NCBI GenBank assembly: GCA_028534125.1
Contig: CM052817.1
Coordinates: forward strand, 35,032,001 to 35,096,000
Reading direction: 5' to 3'
Source: Lama glama
Lineage: Eukaryota
DNA: 64,000 nt
Shown here: positions 1 through 11,764 of the stretch, in pieces
Position numbering within the stretch: position 1 is the first letter of the stretch
Layout: each line of letters begins with the position of its first letter
Program-made: the position numbers and the translations under genes
Notes under the pieces: model-generated
Seen by the model: the letters and a program-made list of their open reading frames with translations, nothing else
Databases searched by the model: none
Told to the model about the DNA's origin: nothing

Positions 1-1221
1 AAGACTCCAGTTACATAGGTTCTACACATTTAATTTTTGGCTTCTAGTGCTGCTAGATCAATTCAAAGGGAACTTGCTTAACCCTTTATAAAATTCATTA
101 TGCTTATTTGAAATAAAGCAGACATCATTTAGAATACGCAAGCACTGAACAATGAATGATACCTATATTTACAAAAATACACAACCATATTTTACTCTGG
201 TAGTTAATTAAAATGTTTAGCTAGTAAAACCCAGCTGGATAAGGCAATAAGCATTAGATTCTCCCTGTATCAAGGTTGCTCCTTTAAGTAAGGTATCTGC
301 ATTAAATTTAGAGTAGTCCTGTTTTTGGCATTGGGACATCTGACTTAAGATGGAATACGTATTAGGGTTAACCTTCATCTGCATCTTTTGTCACAAATGA
401 TTTGTTTTGTTTTGTTTTTTGCTTTGTTTTCAATTTCTTGTTTAATAATGATACGAAATTATTTTTAGGATCTTTGCAGGCAGAGTGAAGAAAAGATCAC
501 CAGAAACTGATTTCCAAGTTCCATCGAAATAGTCACTGCAAAACATGGAGAAAAAGTCTCAGTGCTTCCAGTTTGGCCACAAAAGGAAAAGATAAATCAT
601 TTTCTTAAAATTTCAAAGTCAATGTTTAATTTCATCATGGCTGGGGCCAATAATGCTCAATGTCAGTGTAACTTTGTTCAGACATACAGCGACTCAGCAA
701 AGCAGTTACGAGCCTCTTCTGTGTGGCATCTTTCAACTTGTTTGACTTTCCGGAGTCCCAATGCCATTTCTCACTGTTGGGGTTCTGCAGGGCGAAACTC
801 CCTCTGGAGTCCAGGTCGCTCTCCTTAGTCTCCGGCTGATCCAGGTACCAGCGGCTGAATTTGCATGCCGAGGGGTGGTCCCGGGTTCTTGCGCCAAGTG
901 AGCCTCCCTGGGAGCCCGCCATAGTCACCTCAGACCCCAGGGTTCAGCCGACCCTCGGGCCATCCCCCGCAGGGGTGGGGAGGGCACTGACCAATCCCAC
1001 GCCCTTCCCGGTGCCCGGCTCAGGTTTCTGGGCATCCCGCCCCCCTCAAGGAAGGGAGCGGTCCAGCGCGCGTCTTCCCTCGAGGGCGCGAAAGGGAACT
1101 CGGGGCTGCTCCGCGCCAGGGCCCGGCTGTCCAGCGGCGAAGCCGGGCGGGGCCGCGGCGCGGGTCCGAGCGCCCGAGGCGCGGGCGGAGCATGTGACCA
1201 CGCCGCGCGGGGCCGGGCGCG

Positions 1222-1421
1222 CAGTGCCGCGCGGTGGCGGCGGCGGGGAGAGCAATGGAGGCCGCGGCCGCCTGAGAGGCGGGTGCGCTGCCGGTGCTGC
1301 TGCGGAGGCTGCTGGTGCTGCGAAGCCGCCGCGGGCTGTGCATCCGCGCTCACCGCCCGCGCAGGATCGCGGGTCGCCGTCTGGCCGCTCTGCCACCCCT
1401 GGCGCCTGACCAGGACCTCAG
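1222..1421 (+). other. Putative first exon (probably 5'UTR) of an unidentified gene; TSS approximate
   Basis: Lies within the CpG island downstream of the GC box and E-box. Ends at a consensus donor CTCAG|GTGAGC (intron starts 1422). The only ATG (1255) opens a 6-codon ORF. Confidence 0.7.
1255..1275 (+). other. Short uORF MEAAAA*
   Basis: ATG GAG GCC GCG GCC GCC TGA in strong Kozak context (GCAATGG; G at -3 and +4). Confidence 0.55.
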
Positions 1422-3459
1422 GTGAGCGCCCTCTCGGCCCGCGGCCGGAGCCAGACAATGGGTGCAGCGCGCGGGCTTGTCCCCTCCCCTCGCGACCCCC
1501 CGGGCCAGGCCCCCGCGGCGCCCCGGGATCCTCGATCTTGTAGCTGCCCCAGGGGTGTGGGCTCGGCGTGGCGGGCCGTGGACTTCGGGGCGGTGTCCTG
1601 GCGCGTGCTGCGGAGACCCTCCCCGAGGAACCGGCGCGTCGTGTGCGCCGCTTTGGATCCCACGCGAGGAACCTGAGGACGGGCTGCGCCCTCGGGAACT
1701 TGCCGAGAGCGTGGGACCTTCTAATTCCCTCTGTCCTTCCCGCGCCGCGGCGTCCTGCCCCGGGGTCCCCGGCTCGGGTGCGGGCAGCGGCCGGGGTCAG
1801 AGAGAGACCTCGCCGTCTGGGATCACGGACGCTGACCCGGCTCAGCCTTCTCCCCTCGCCAGAGCTGCATTGCTTTGTTTAACCTCTGCCAGGCCATTTC
1901 GCACCAACTCTTGTTGCCCCAATTCTGATGAGCCACCAGTTCGATGGCTCTGAGGCAAGACAAAGGTTTTCCCTGTTTACAAAGGCTGGAGCTGGGAAAC
2001 TGCACACTGCTGGTGGTGTAAAATGTGTTTTCCTTATCTTCTCCCAGGGGTTCTTGCGATGGTTTTCCTGGTTCTATAACCGTCCTTTCTTGCAGAGCTC
2101 TGTAGTGGCGAGATTGGACCTCCTAACCCTACCGAGACGGTGGGTGGGGTATGGCTTTATTCATCCTTATCAGTAAACAGAAGGGCAGACTTTCACATTT
2201 TAGATGTTCTCAGAATAGAGGCATAGTAATCATTTTCTGAGTTCTGCATTTTAAGAGAAAATAAATATTTAAAGACACATTAATTTCGTGGTTGGGCGGG
2301 GTGACAGTGGGGAGAAAACCTAGCAACTACAACCATGTGTTGTGAAATTTTAATATGGTTTTAATAATAATGGCCCGGAAACTGATATGGGGTAGGTGAG
2401 GGAGTGCGTGTGTGTTGGGGGTGGGGGTGATGGAGAGGGAGTGGTTAGAATACAAAGGATAAGGCAATTTTAGTAAACGGTTCTTAGTAAATATCTTGTA
2501 CTAATTTTCAGTTCATCAAGTTGTCATTAAATTATTGTTTCCCTGTAAAAATCACCTATAGTAGTTGTTGAATTATATATAAAATGGCTAGCAAGTATTT
2601 GGCATTGTATGTGAGTCAGGAATATGAAAACAGCAATCAGTTTTGAGTAATTTTAAAAAGTCAACAAAGGAAAGACACTTCCACTACTCCCTCCTTTATT
2701 CTGTGGGAAAACGGAATCCTAGTTTAATATATTCAACAGAAAATAACCTGTAAGAAAAAAATTTCAAAGGCAAGGTTTTTTTAAAGAAGCATTGTGAGAA
2801 ATGCATCTTATATAGGTGATAATGGTTGCATTGCTTCAACTCAGATATGTGAAAGGAAAAAAAGCAGGCTACTAGATTGGTCCTTTCCAGTATTAAAATG
2901 TATTTTCTTCCAGACACGATTTGAAATGGAGAAACTTTCACTCTAAAGACTTAGCAGTCATTTAGTGCTGAATTTGGAGTCAGGAAGATAATATTACTAA
3001 CCTGACATACTTAGGTAATTGGTATGAGAAACAAAAGCTTCCACATAGTTCTTTCCAAACTATGAAGTACTTTAGTAAATGTAAGTTATTATTATTGCTA
3101 GATAAGGAGGCTGTATTTTCTAATTTTCTCTCACACAATTTTGGGAAAATTAATTGAAATTAATGTGAAATTATCCAGTCTGGCATATAGTAGATGTTCA
3201 ATAAATAATTGAGGAAAGAATGAGTTAATGAAAAATAAAATGCAAATGGATAGAACATACATTCAGATCGAATTGGTTTACTTCTTTTAGTTTAATCAAT
3301 ACTTACTGAAGGCCTACTGTGTGCCAAGAACTGTGCGGACTGTTTCCACGTACAGTTCATAAAAGCCTGGTAATCTTCCTTTTTTGATTGTGTGATGTAT
3401 GTTTCCATAAAGAATGGGGCCCCTTAGGTCGTAGTAATCATCATCGCATATAACTGAGT

Positions 3460-3680
3460 AGCACAGTAGAACATTTCACTTGTTTTATGTGCAAATACTT
3501 TCTCACAGTGGCCTGTGGGGAGGCAGGGCAGATGCTATCATTCCCGTTTTGTAGGTGAGGAAATCCAGACACAGCGAGATTAAATGACTTGCCAGCTCCT
3601 CACTACTGAAGCAACAGTGCCAGGGACAGAAGCTGGACCTCAAGCCTAATGCTTTCATCTCTGAACCACACTGTCTTCTC
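3460..3680 (-). mobile_element. MIR SINE
   Basis: MIR core in reverse: attcccgttttgtaggtgaggaaatccagacacagcgagattaaatgacttgcc. Confidence 0.75.
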
Positions 3681-3743
3681 CAAGATACACTGCACCTCCA
3701 GAAAATCTCTCTTGATTTAGGCCTCATGAAATAGTCTATCTTT

Positions 3744-3865
3744 GGGGAAGGAGAGTATAGCTCAATTGGCAGAGTGCAGGCTTAGCATGCATGAGGTCCT
3801 GGGTTTAATTCCCCAGTACCTTCTTTAAATAAAAACAAACAAATAAACCTAATCACCCCCCAAAA
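3744..3865 (+). mobile_element. tRNA-Ala-derived SINE (camelid vic-1-like), long form
   Basis: tRNA-like head tatagctcaattggcagagtgcaggcttagcatgcatgaggtcctgggtttaattccccagtacc, then an A-rich tract and cctaatcacccccc-aaaa tail. Confidence 0.85.
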
Positions 3866-4066
3866 GCCTGCCTTTGGAATAACTTTAAGGAAAAGTTATA
3901 TCTTACAAGCTACTACTTAGTGAAGTGGTTAAATATGCAATTTCTGGAGGCAGGTGACTACATTTGAACATGAGAATGAATAAATAAAAATACTTAGCAC
4001 AAAGTCTAGTAGAAACTAAGCATTCAGTGTCGGCTAATTATTTTTATTCTCATTTTTATAATGAAG

Positions 4067-4308
4067 CAGTGGCTTTTAAACTTTTTTGGGGGGGCCACAA
4101 TAAGAGATGCTTTTTACTTTGCCATCCAGTATATTGATACATTACAAATGTGTTTAATTAAAAAAAATCATGAATCAGTACTTAGACTTCCTATGTGCAG
4201 TGCATTCTTATATTTTTCATTCTGTTTTATTGAGAAATTTAGGATGAGAGACACTGAATGATTTCACATCCCATTAATGCGTCAGGACCTGCAGTTTGAA
4301 AAGCAGGA
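4067..4308. mobile_element. hAT-Charlie-type MITE (degenerate)
   Basis: Begins cagtggcttttaaactttt and ends gacctgcagtttgaaaagc, typical of Charlie-family termini. Confidence 0.5.
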
Positions 4309-4469
4309 CTAATGTAAAGGATAATCAGATTAATAAGTGCATTAAAGAAGAATCTATCATTTAATCTTTATACTTTCCCCTTCTAATGATTGACAACATC
4401 AGTTGGAATTTGAATATTAAATTATACTGAAAATAGATTCTTAAACATTTCTTAGCAATTCTAACTGTA

Positions 4470-4700
4470 TATGGAGTACTTACTGTGGTCTAGGTACTGT
4501 GCTGAGCAGTCTGTGTGTGTATGTTATCTAATTTAGTGCTTGAGACAGCCCTGTAAGGATGTCTTGTGTTTCCATTTGATAATTAACATTAAGACTCAGA
4601 CTGGTTTTATGAACTTGCCCAAGGTCATAAAGTTAGTGAGAGATGAAGCAAGAATTCGAACAATTCTGTTTGACCCCAACCCTCTGTTCTGATGTTCTCT
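4470..4700 (-). mobile_element. MIR SINE
   Basis: aacttgcccaaggtcataaagttagtgagagatgaagcaagaattcgaac core. Confidence 0.65.
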
Positions 4701-7254
4701 CACAGTGACTTCTGAAGATACGTCATTCCTTCTCTTACATAAATTTGAATGGCGTCTTGAGAACTTACGTGTTGGGGTATATATTTGTAGTTTCCTTTGA
4801 AAGGACCAATTTGAAGAAAATTTTCAAGTTAGTAAAGTAAGAGCATACTGGGTAGCATTAGTGTTAGACTAGTATTTCACTTTGACTTTGATGTAAATAT
4901 TTTGGAATAGCTTCTCAAGTTTTTATGACAGTGTCGATTAATTGGTCAGTTTTATTGAGCACCCGAAGTTTTAATATGTCTTCAGAGGAGACATGAAATA
5001 GCTGTGTAACTATAAAAAGACTTCATTACAAATGAATGTCAGCTTTTGTTAAGGCACAAAATGAAGACTTAAGAGCTACAAAGAGTACTTTATATTATAT
5101 TGATTTGTTTCAAAATCACCAGACAGTGAAAGTATTTATTTTGTTAAGTACTTGTAAGACACCACCACTAACTGTGCTATTAATTTTTTTGTTGTATTTC
5201 AGTTCTTTGCACGTGTTTCTTAAATTTTTAGCAGTATTTTAATTTTAATTTTTTAGTAGTTCTGGGACTTTCTTCCTCTTTAAAAAATATTGTGAGAAAG
5301 AATTAAGGAACTGTATTTTATAAGGAGTACTTAGAAACACAAGTAGATAATTTTACATGACAGTGGAAAGGAAATTTCACTGTTTCTTTTCACACTCATG
5401 TCTTCCAGACTCAGACTCTTTCAGTGTCTGGTTTGCATATTGCTGTTGACATGTAGGAGTGTATCTTATAAATAAAATAATTACCAGGTGCTTAAAGATA
5501 CATAGATGTGCTCTGCTTTTGCATTACAGTTTCCCTGTACATGGGGCTTTAAACTTTCAATGGTATGTTTAGTTTATTTGTTGAATTAAGGTTAGGGTTT
5601 TCAAAACTGATAATTTTTTAAAAAATTAGAGCTTGTGTAGTTCATGATAATCTTATTAGACAAAGAACAGCAGTTTCATGGTTTATGTGGTTTGAAAATC
5701 CACATACTTCTTTTCATCAGTCATCATTTCTAATAAGATTAGATAAAAGTGAGTATATTGTTTCACTTAATGTTGGACATCAGATTTTACCCTTAGATGA
5801 GCCCTCAAAAAATCGTTTTGCCCCTAACGAAATTGTGTACAGTTGTCATAAGCTTATGTTTTATGCTTATTTTGTTAACTTATTCCTTTTGTCTAACACT
5901 TGACCCCTAGTGGATTGGTATAGTTTTTGTGAGCATCAAGGCATATTCCAGCTATTGAATGGTCACTGTAATTTTTCTTTGTTTAGGCAGGTAAACTGGA
6001 TTCCCATTACATTTTGTACTACTTTTATTCTTGATGTGAGAATTCTTAGAGATAAAAAGAGCAAAATCAATTTAGATATATAGTTGTACTAGTGCCTTTG
6101 AGACAGATACATATGCATATTTTAGATTTACATATATGTGTGGTTTCTGAAGTTATATGAGAAGTGCAAGATTACAAACTCTTAATCCATAAATTTAGAA
6201 ATTATCTTAAGTAACTCTGGAAATACAGAAGCTGCATAAAACCTTTAAGAGTTGTTAAATGCTTTAATCACTAAATGCTTAATGTTATCAGAAATATTTA
6301 AGAAGCCAAATAGAACAACCATATATAATAGCTTTTATAGTCTAGTAAGTTTGTATATGGAAAGGTGATGCCATTTAAAATTGTCAAAAATGAAGTGTAG
6401 AAATATTTTCAGTCAGATTTTAAAATCGTCACCAGCTCTTCCAGATATTTGTAGAATTTTTCAAATAGTATATTTCGGGGCTTACGTGGAAATTTCAATA
6501 AACTTGCTTCCAAAACTGGTACTATTTTAAATATGTTTGAGGAAAAGATATAGAAGTTGCCTCCCTGAAACACTTTGGGAAGTATTTAAATTGGGAGTAA
6601 GTACTCAGCTTACTAGAGACAGGCTGTTAGAATAGAATTTAGAGAAGATACCAGCTGCTGAGAAAAATTATTCCCAGGAACAAGAAGGGAAGGGAAACTT
6701 GCAAAAAAATGTGTTGGTCTTTTTACCAGGGAGGGTAAGACCAACCCACCCAGAGGTCCACAGCCTGGCTCCAGTCCCTGGAGAGCGATTGGCCGGCACT
6801 AATGGGGGAGGGGAGCAGGCAGGGGGAGGGGGCAACAGAGAAACTTAGTTATTGTTGAAATCTAGGATAAGCCAGATTCATTAAATAATCTGTGAAAATT
6901 CTTGTGTACAATTGTTAACCCACAGTTTCCTTACTTGGGAGAAATAAAAAGGATAGTCCATGGTTCCCGTGGAAGAGGAAACATCAGAACCCCATTGTCA
7001 AAGCCATTTATGGTCTCAGGTCGAGGCCACAGCTGATGCTCTTAGTTAGGGAGGCTTGTGACAGGTTCAGCAGAGCTGGTAAGACACTGCTGATGATTTC
7101 CAGGCTGTCCTAAATGATTGCATTCCGGGTTTTCTTCTTTTTGAAAAGTTCTTAGTAAATATAGAGTGACTTTTTCTCTACCAGAGCATCACTGTGACAG
7201 ACGGAGGGGGCTTGCTTGGCGCGCCTTCTGATGCAGCTGCCCGGGCATGTTTGT

Positions 7255-7485
7255 GATGGGTTAACTGTTTTCTAGAGTTAATGAGGTCAGGGTCACAGGT
7301 TCAGTTCCTGGGAAGGCCAGTTAGCTTTGCTTTGTTCTCTGATCTCATATTGTACTCTTAACCCAGACCAGCCATCTGGCGAAGGCAGATCATTGATCAC
7401 AAAGGGACTAATAAGCGAGACGGTGTGGGAGGAGCAGCGTGAATCTTTCTCAGTGGATGCTGAGTAATTAGAGAAGCAATTCCAA
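7255..7485 (+). mobile_element. MamSINE1-like ancient tRNA-derived SINE
   Basis: taatgaggtcagggtcacaggttcagttcctgggaaggccagttagctttgctttgttc...taacccagaccagccatct...cattgatcacaaaggg follows the MamSINE1 consensus as I recall it. Confidence 0.6.
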
Positions 7486-7947
7486 AAGCATGTGCACGTT
7501 TGTGTTTCATAGCATTATCTTAATATGTGCAAGATAACGTGGCTGTCACATAACTTTCTTTGTCATTTCTGTTGAACTCCCATTTTAACGGTTGTTTTTT
7601 CAAGTTACAAGTTCTTAGAAGCCTCATTCATTCTGCAGTTATACATTGTCTCAAAGATTCTTAGATTCCCTCTCCGTTTGTAGGACAGCGGCTCTGTTTG
7701 TGAGAACAGGATAAGTCTGAAAGTAGTAGATCAAACTACCTACTTGATTGTTTACAGATCCAACTCCATTGAGTTAAAAAATAAAAGTTAAAAAAAGCAA
7801 AAACACTTTTGAATGAGAATAAATAGATTGAGAATATCCAGGAAAATACCTTGCAGTTTTTCTAAGCCTCTTTGCATCTATAAATCTCTTACTCCCTTTA
7901 TTAAAATTACTTCTAGTGTCAAGAGAAATATCTGAAATCATCTAGAC

Positions 7948-8265
7948 CTGTGCTGTCTGTACCTGTAGCCACTGGTCCCCTGTGGCTATTGAGCATTTGA
8001 AATGTGGCCTGTCCAAATTGGAATGTGCCCTAAGTTTAAATAAGCACCAGATTCTAAACACTTGGTATGAAAAAAAAAAAAGTAAACTATGTTATTGATA
8101 ATTTTAAAATACCAGTAACATGTTGAAAAATGTTTTAGCTATGTTAGATTGACTAAAAACATCATTCAAGTTAATTTTAACCTTTTTTAATTTTTCAAAA
8201 TGTGCCTCCTAGAAAATTAAAACCTACCTATGTGGCTTGCGTTATATTTCTCTTAGGTAGTGTTG
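7948..8265 (+). mobile_element. MER33-like hAT-Charlie MITE
   Basis: About 320 bp with a tgtggctattgagcatttgaaatgtggc core. 8-bp TSD atctagac (7940-7947) / ttctagac (8266-8273). Confidence 0.85.
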
Positions 8266-9045
8266 TTCTAGACCATCCCTTCATTTTACAGATGAGAAGG
8301 CTAAGTTCAGAGGTTAAGTAACTGAGCTGAGTTCTTTCCACTGCCTGTAATCTCTCCCTGCTAATGGGTTAGGTGCTCAAGAAAATGGGGACTCTTTGAA
8401 CCATTAAAACACCATTTAGTCCATGGCAATTACCGTATGTTGCAAGGTCTGCGTCTAAGTCATTGCGTGTTAGGTATTATGCCAGGGGTGTGTGTGTTTG
8501 TATAGGAGAGGTGCTTGGTTTCATTTATAATGTTGCTATTTAGGGTCTGTCCTATATAGGTCAGAGACCCTCTAGCTTTATTCAGTTCTGAGAAGAGCAC
8601 ATTCAATGATTAGACATTAACAGTTGTAACTCTGGGATAAATGAGATGTGGTGCTCATTTGGGTGGGTACTTCAATATATATTTCTTGTTGCCAAGTTTT
8701 GAATGAACCTTAAGGACCAAGCAGCAAGCGTGTCAGGCTGTATTCGTTTTGGAAGGAGGAGAACTGCCGTGAAGAGAGATTACTTAGCCTGTGTTCTGAA
8801 GAAAGAGCTTATGAGCTGTTAGTCACCATCTCTTACCCATGGATGTGCCTTATGTCCCAGACGAAGAAGTAGCCAGGATTGAGTGCCGCCAAGCTCTGGT
8901 GCCAGAATGGGGGCTTCCTGTTAGTTTTCTGACATAATAGTCTTTAACTGGCAACGATAAAAAGGAAGAAAACCTCAGGACCAAATTTGTTATTTTTAGT
9001 GGAGATTTTTTGTTTTCCTAATCAACATAGGCAGCTCAAATGAAC

Positions 9046-9190
9046 ATTTTTTTTATTGAGTTATAGTCATTTTACGATGTGTCAAATTCCAGTGTAGAGC
9101 ACAATTTTTCAGTTATACATGAACATACATATATTCATTGTCACATTCTCTTTTTGCTGTGAGCCACCACAAGATCCTGTATACATTTCC
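9046..9190 (-). mobile_element. Young L1 3' end, truncated by assembly gap
   Basis: Poly-T then ttattgagttatagtcattttac...gtgtcaaattccagtgt; homologous to the L1 3' ends at 14060 and 51368. Confidence 0.85.
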
Positions 9191-9690
9191 NNNNNNNNNN
9201 NNNNNNNNNNNNNNNNNNNNNNNNNNNNNNNNNNNNNNNNNNNNNNNNNNNNNNNNNNNNNNNNNNNNNNNNNNNNNNNNNNNNNNNNNNNNNNNNNNNN
9301 NNNNNNNNNNNNNNNNNNNNNNNNNNNNNNNNNNNNNNNNNNNNNNNNNNNNNNNNNNNNNNNNNNNNNNNNNNNNNNNNNNNNNNNNNNNNNNNNNNNN
9401 NNNNNNNNNNNNNNNNNNNNNNNNNNNNNNNNNNNNNNNNNNNNNNNNNNNNNNNNNNNNNNNNNNNNNNNNNNNNNNNNNNNNNNNNNNNNNNNNNNNN
9501 NNNNNNNNNNNNNNNNNNNNNNNNNNNNNNNNNNNNNNNNNNNNNNNNNNNNNNNNNNNNNNNNNNNNNNNNNNNNNNNNNNNNNNNNNNNNNNNNNNNN
9601 NNNNNNNNNNNNNNNNNNNNNNNNNNNNNNNNNNNNNNNNNNNNNNNNNNNNNNNNNNNNNNNNNNNNNNNNNNNNNNNNNNNNNNNNNN
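9191..9690. other. Assembly gap (500 N)
   Basis: Exactly 500 consecutive N. Confidence 1.
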
Positions 9691-9724
9691 TTTTTTTAAA
9701 TAAAGGTAACATGCAAAAAAAAAA

Positions 9725-9855
9725 GTAAAGCAATGAGTGTGGATGAGATCCTCAAGGAGAAAGTGTCAGAAGAGAATTGCTCCGTGAACCGAGTCCTAGG
9801 GCTCTCCTATGTTCAGAGGTTGGGCATTGAGGAGGATTTAGGAAGACTGGCTGGT
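9725..9855 (-). mobile_element. L2 fragment
   Basis: aaagcaatgagtgtggatgagatcctcaaggaga...gagtcctagg; same L2 segment as 33020-33140. Confidence 0.55.
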
Positions 9856-10895
9856 GAGCTCTTTCTAGCAGAAATCTGGCAAGGAGCCCTGAATCTTTCT
9901 CCCTTTCTGAGTATCAGGAGGAAAAATTATGTGTTGAGTTACAGACCTTCTACCTTGTGCTCAAGTCGCTTTTGTTCTATACTAATCTCAAGGTGTCTTC
10001 CACCAGGGGACAGTTTATATCAGGAAGAAAGCATGGGGGGCCCTTTCTCTTGTTCAAGAATGAGCTTGTGTAGAAGGCTGCCGGCATACAACTGAAGCAG
10101 CAGAAAAGCTGTGTTTCCCGTTCTTCCCTCTCCACTCCAGAAGAGAGAATATACCAGATCAAAGGAGGAATTAGAATCAATTAGAGAGTAGGCTCTTTCA
10201 AATCGTCGTAGCAGGTTGAGACTAGAAAGGCCTTAATTAATGTGTGCACAGCTCAGCACAGCTCTATGTATAATGGGTGAGCAACTTTCGTAATTATTAT
10301 TAGTTAATAGCTATTTTCTAATCCTAAACCGTCACTTTATAGATAATGAAATTGAGACTCAGACATTCAGGAACCAACAGTGATTCCTTTAAGCTATACA
10401 GAAAGAAAGAGAAATCAGTGAAAAGTCATTAGCTTGGCACCCAACACTCTCTGCTTTCTGGTTCCAACCCCATTTCCATTCAACCCTCGGCCACCGCTCG
10501 CCCGTTCGACCTCTGCTTGGTACCTCCACTCACCCCCTCTCTGTGCTGCCAGTGGCCCCTGTCAATTCCATGCTTCCCCCATGAGTGCTTTGCCTGCCAC
10601 CCCTCCCACTTCTCTCTCCTGGTCCAAGTTCTGGCCCATTTTCATGGCCCGTTCATTTCGTGAATTCCATCCTGACCTGTCCAGTCACATGATGCTCTTC
10701 GTTGAAATTCTCTAGCACGATTTCCATGACAACATCTGGGTGCTGCAGCTATGGTGGTGATGGTGGTGGTAGGAAGTAAAATGCTATTAGCCTCCAGTCC
10801 CCATCCCTCTCCTGCAGACATTTCTTGCCAATGCTGTGGAGCAGAACCTGCTGGGTAAATATGGGGCAGGGGAAAGCAGTCCAGGAGCTGTGCGA

Positions 10896-10925
10896 TGTGT
10901 GTGTGTGTGTGTTTGTGTGTGTGTG
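10896..10925. repeat. (TG)n microsatellite, interrupted
   Basis: Direct reading of the TG dinucleotide run. Confidence 0.9.
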
Positions 10926-10994
10926 CACCTGCACACACATGCACACGTACCCCCTTGGACAGGTACCTTTGGGCTCCCAGGGAAGGGAGAAAAA

Positions 10995-11038
10995 TGGTCT
11001 CTTTTGCTTAGCAGTTGGTCTCTTTTGCTTAGCAGTTG
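10995..11038. repeat. Perfect 21-bp tandem duplication
   Basis: tggtctcttttgcttagcagt twice (10995-11015, 11016-11036) plus tg. Confidence 0.95.
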
Positions 11039-11764
11039 CCCGGACGAATCCCTTCTAAACAGAAGTTGTGTATTGTGTCTGGCATGGCCTGTGTGACATT
11101 TTGCCAGTATTTATCACCTTGCTGTAAAAAAACCTTGTAAAGCTTTGAAGTTGGATCCCTCTCATAAGAATATCTGAATTAAAATCGCAAGCGTAATAAC
11201 CCTATTTGTACTGAGAACTTCTAAGAATCAAATAACTTAACTTCTTTTGGTGAGACTTTTATTCTCCTACAGTTTTTGTACTAGGATAAACTTAGGATAA
11301 CCCTGGAAAAGAGAAAACTGATTTCTTTGTGAGAAAGATACTGATGACAGTGATGTGTGCTGGTGCTAACTGGTGTCTTTTCAGGTAAACAATTTCTTGC
11401 TTTAAGGGCTGAGAAATGACAAAGCTTCCCTGGTGACAGTAATGAAGGATCAGTCCTTTTGTATCTACCTTTGCTCTTCTGCCCAAAATTGTATTTACCT
11501 TGTTGATGGAAGACCTAGGTTATTTTTCTCTACCTTAATATGTTGTGATGGTAACATTTCCTGTTAGTGCGGGTTGTATTTATTTATTGAATTCTTACAA
11601 AAGTTTCAAAATTGGATATATGGGTCCAGATAAAGTATGAACTCTGGCTAAGTTACATAGTATAAGAGACATAAATTATGCATGTCTTTATACTTCTACA
11701 CTCAGAAGTTATTTTATATATGCTTTTCTATCAAGGTACATAATTTTGTATTACACTTTTTATA

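Larger units (their letters stand above)
940..1840. promoter_or_regulatory. CpG island / promoter of a + strand gene
   Basis: Very GC- and CpG-dense against a CpG-depleted AT-rich background. GC box GGGCGGGG at 1145-1152; E-box CATGTGAC (GTCACATG on minus, USF/MiT-TFE type) at 1191-1198. Confidence 0.92.

Noticed and set aside
861..1953. Multiple overlapping 80-180 aa ORFs on both strands
   Set aside because: Pro/Arg/Gly/Ala-rich frames expected from stop-poor CpG-island DNA; no recognisable domain, and several cross the splice donor.
9113..9733. ORFs of about 200 aa
   Set aside because: Artefacts of translating through the N gap.
10918..10939. Hairpin tgtgtgtgca-cc-tgcacacaca
   Set aside because: Trivial product of adjacent TG and CA dinucleotide runs; not miRNA-like.
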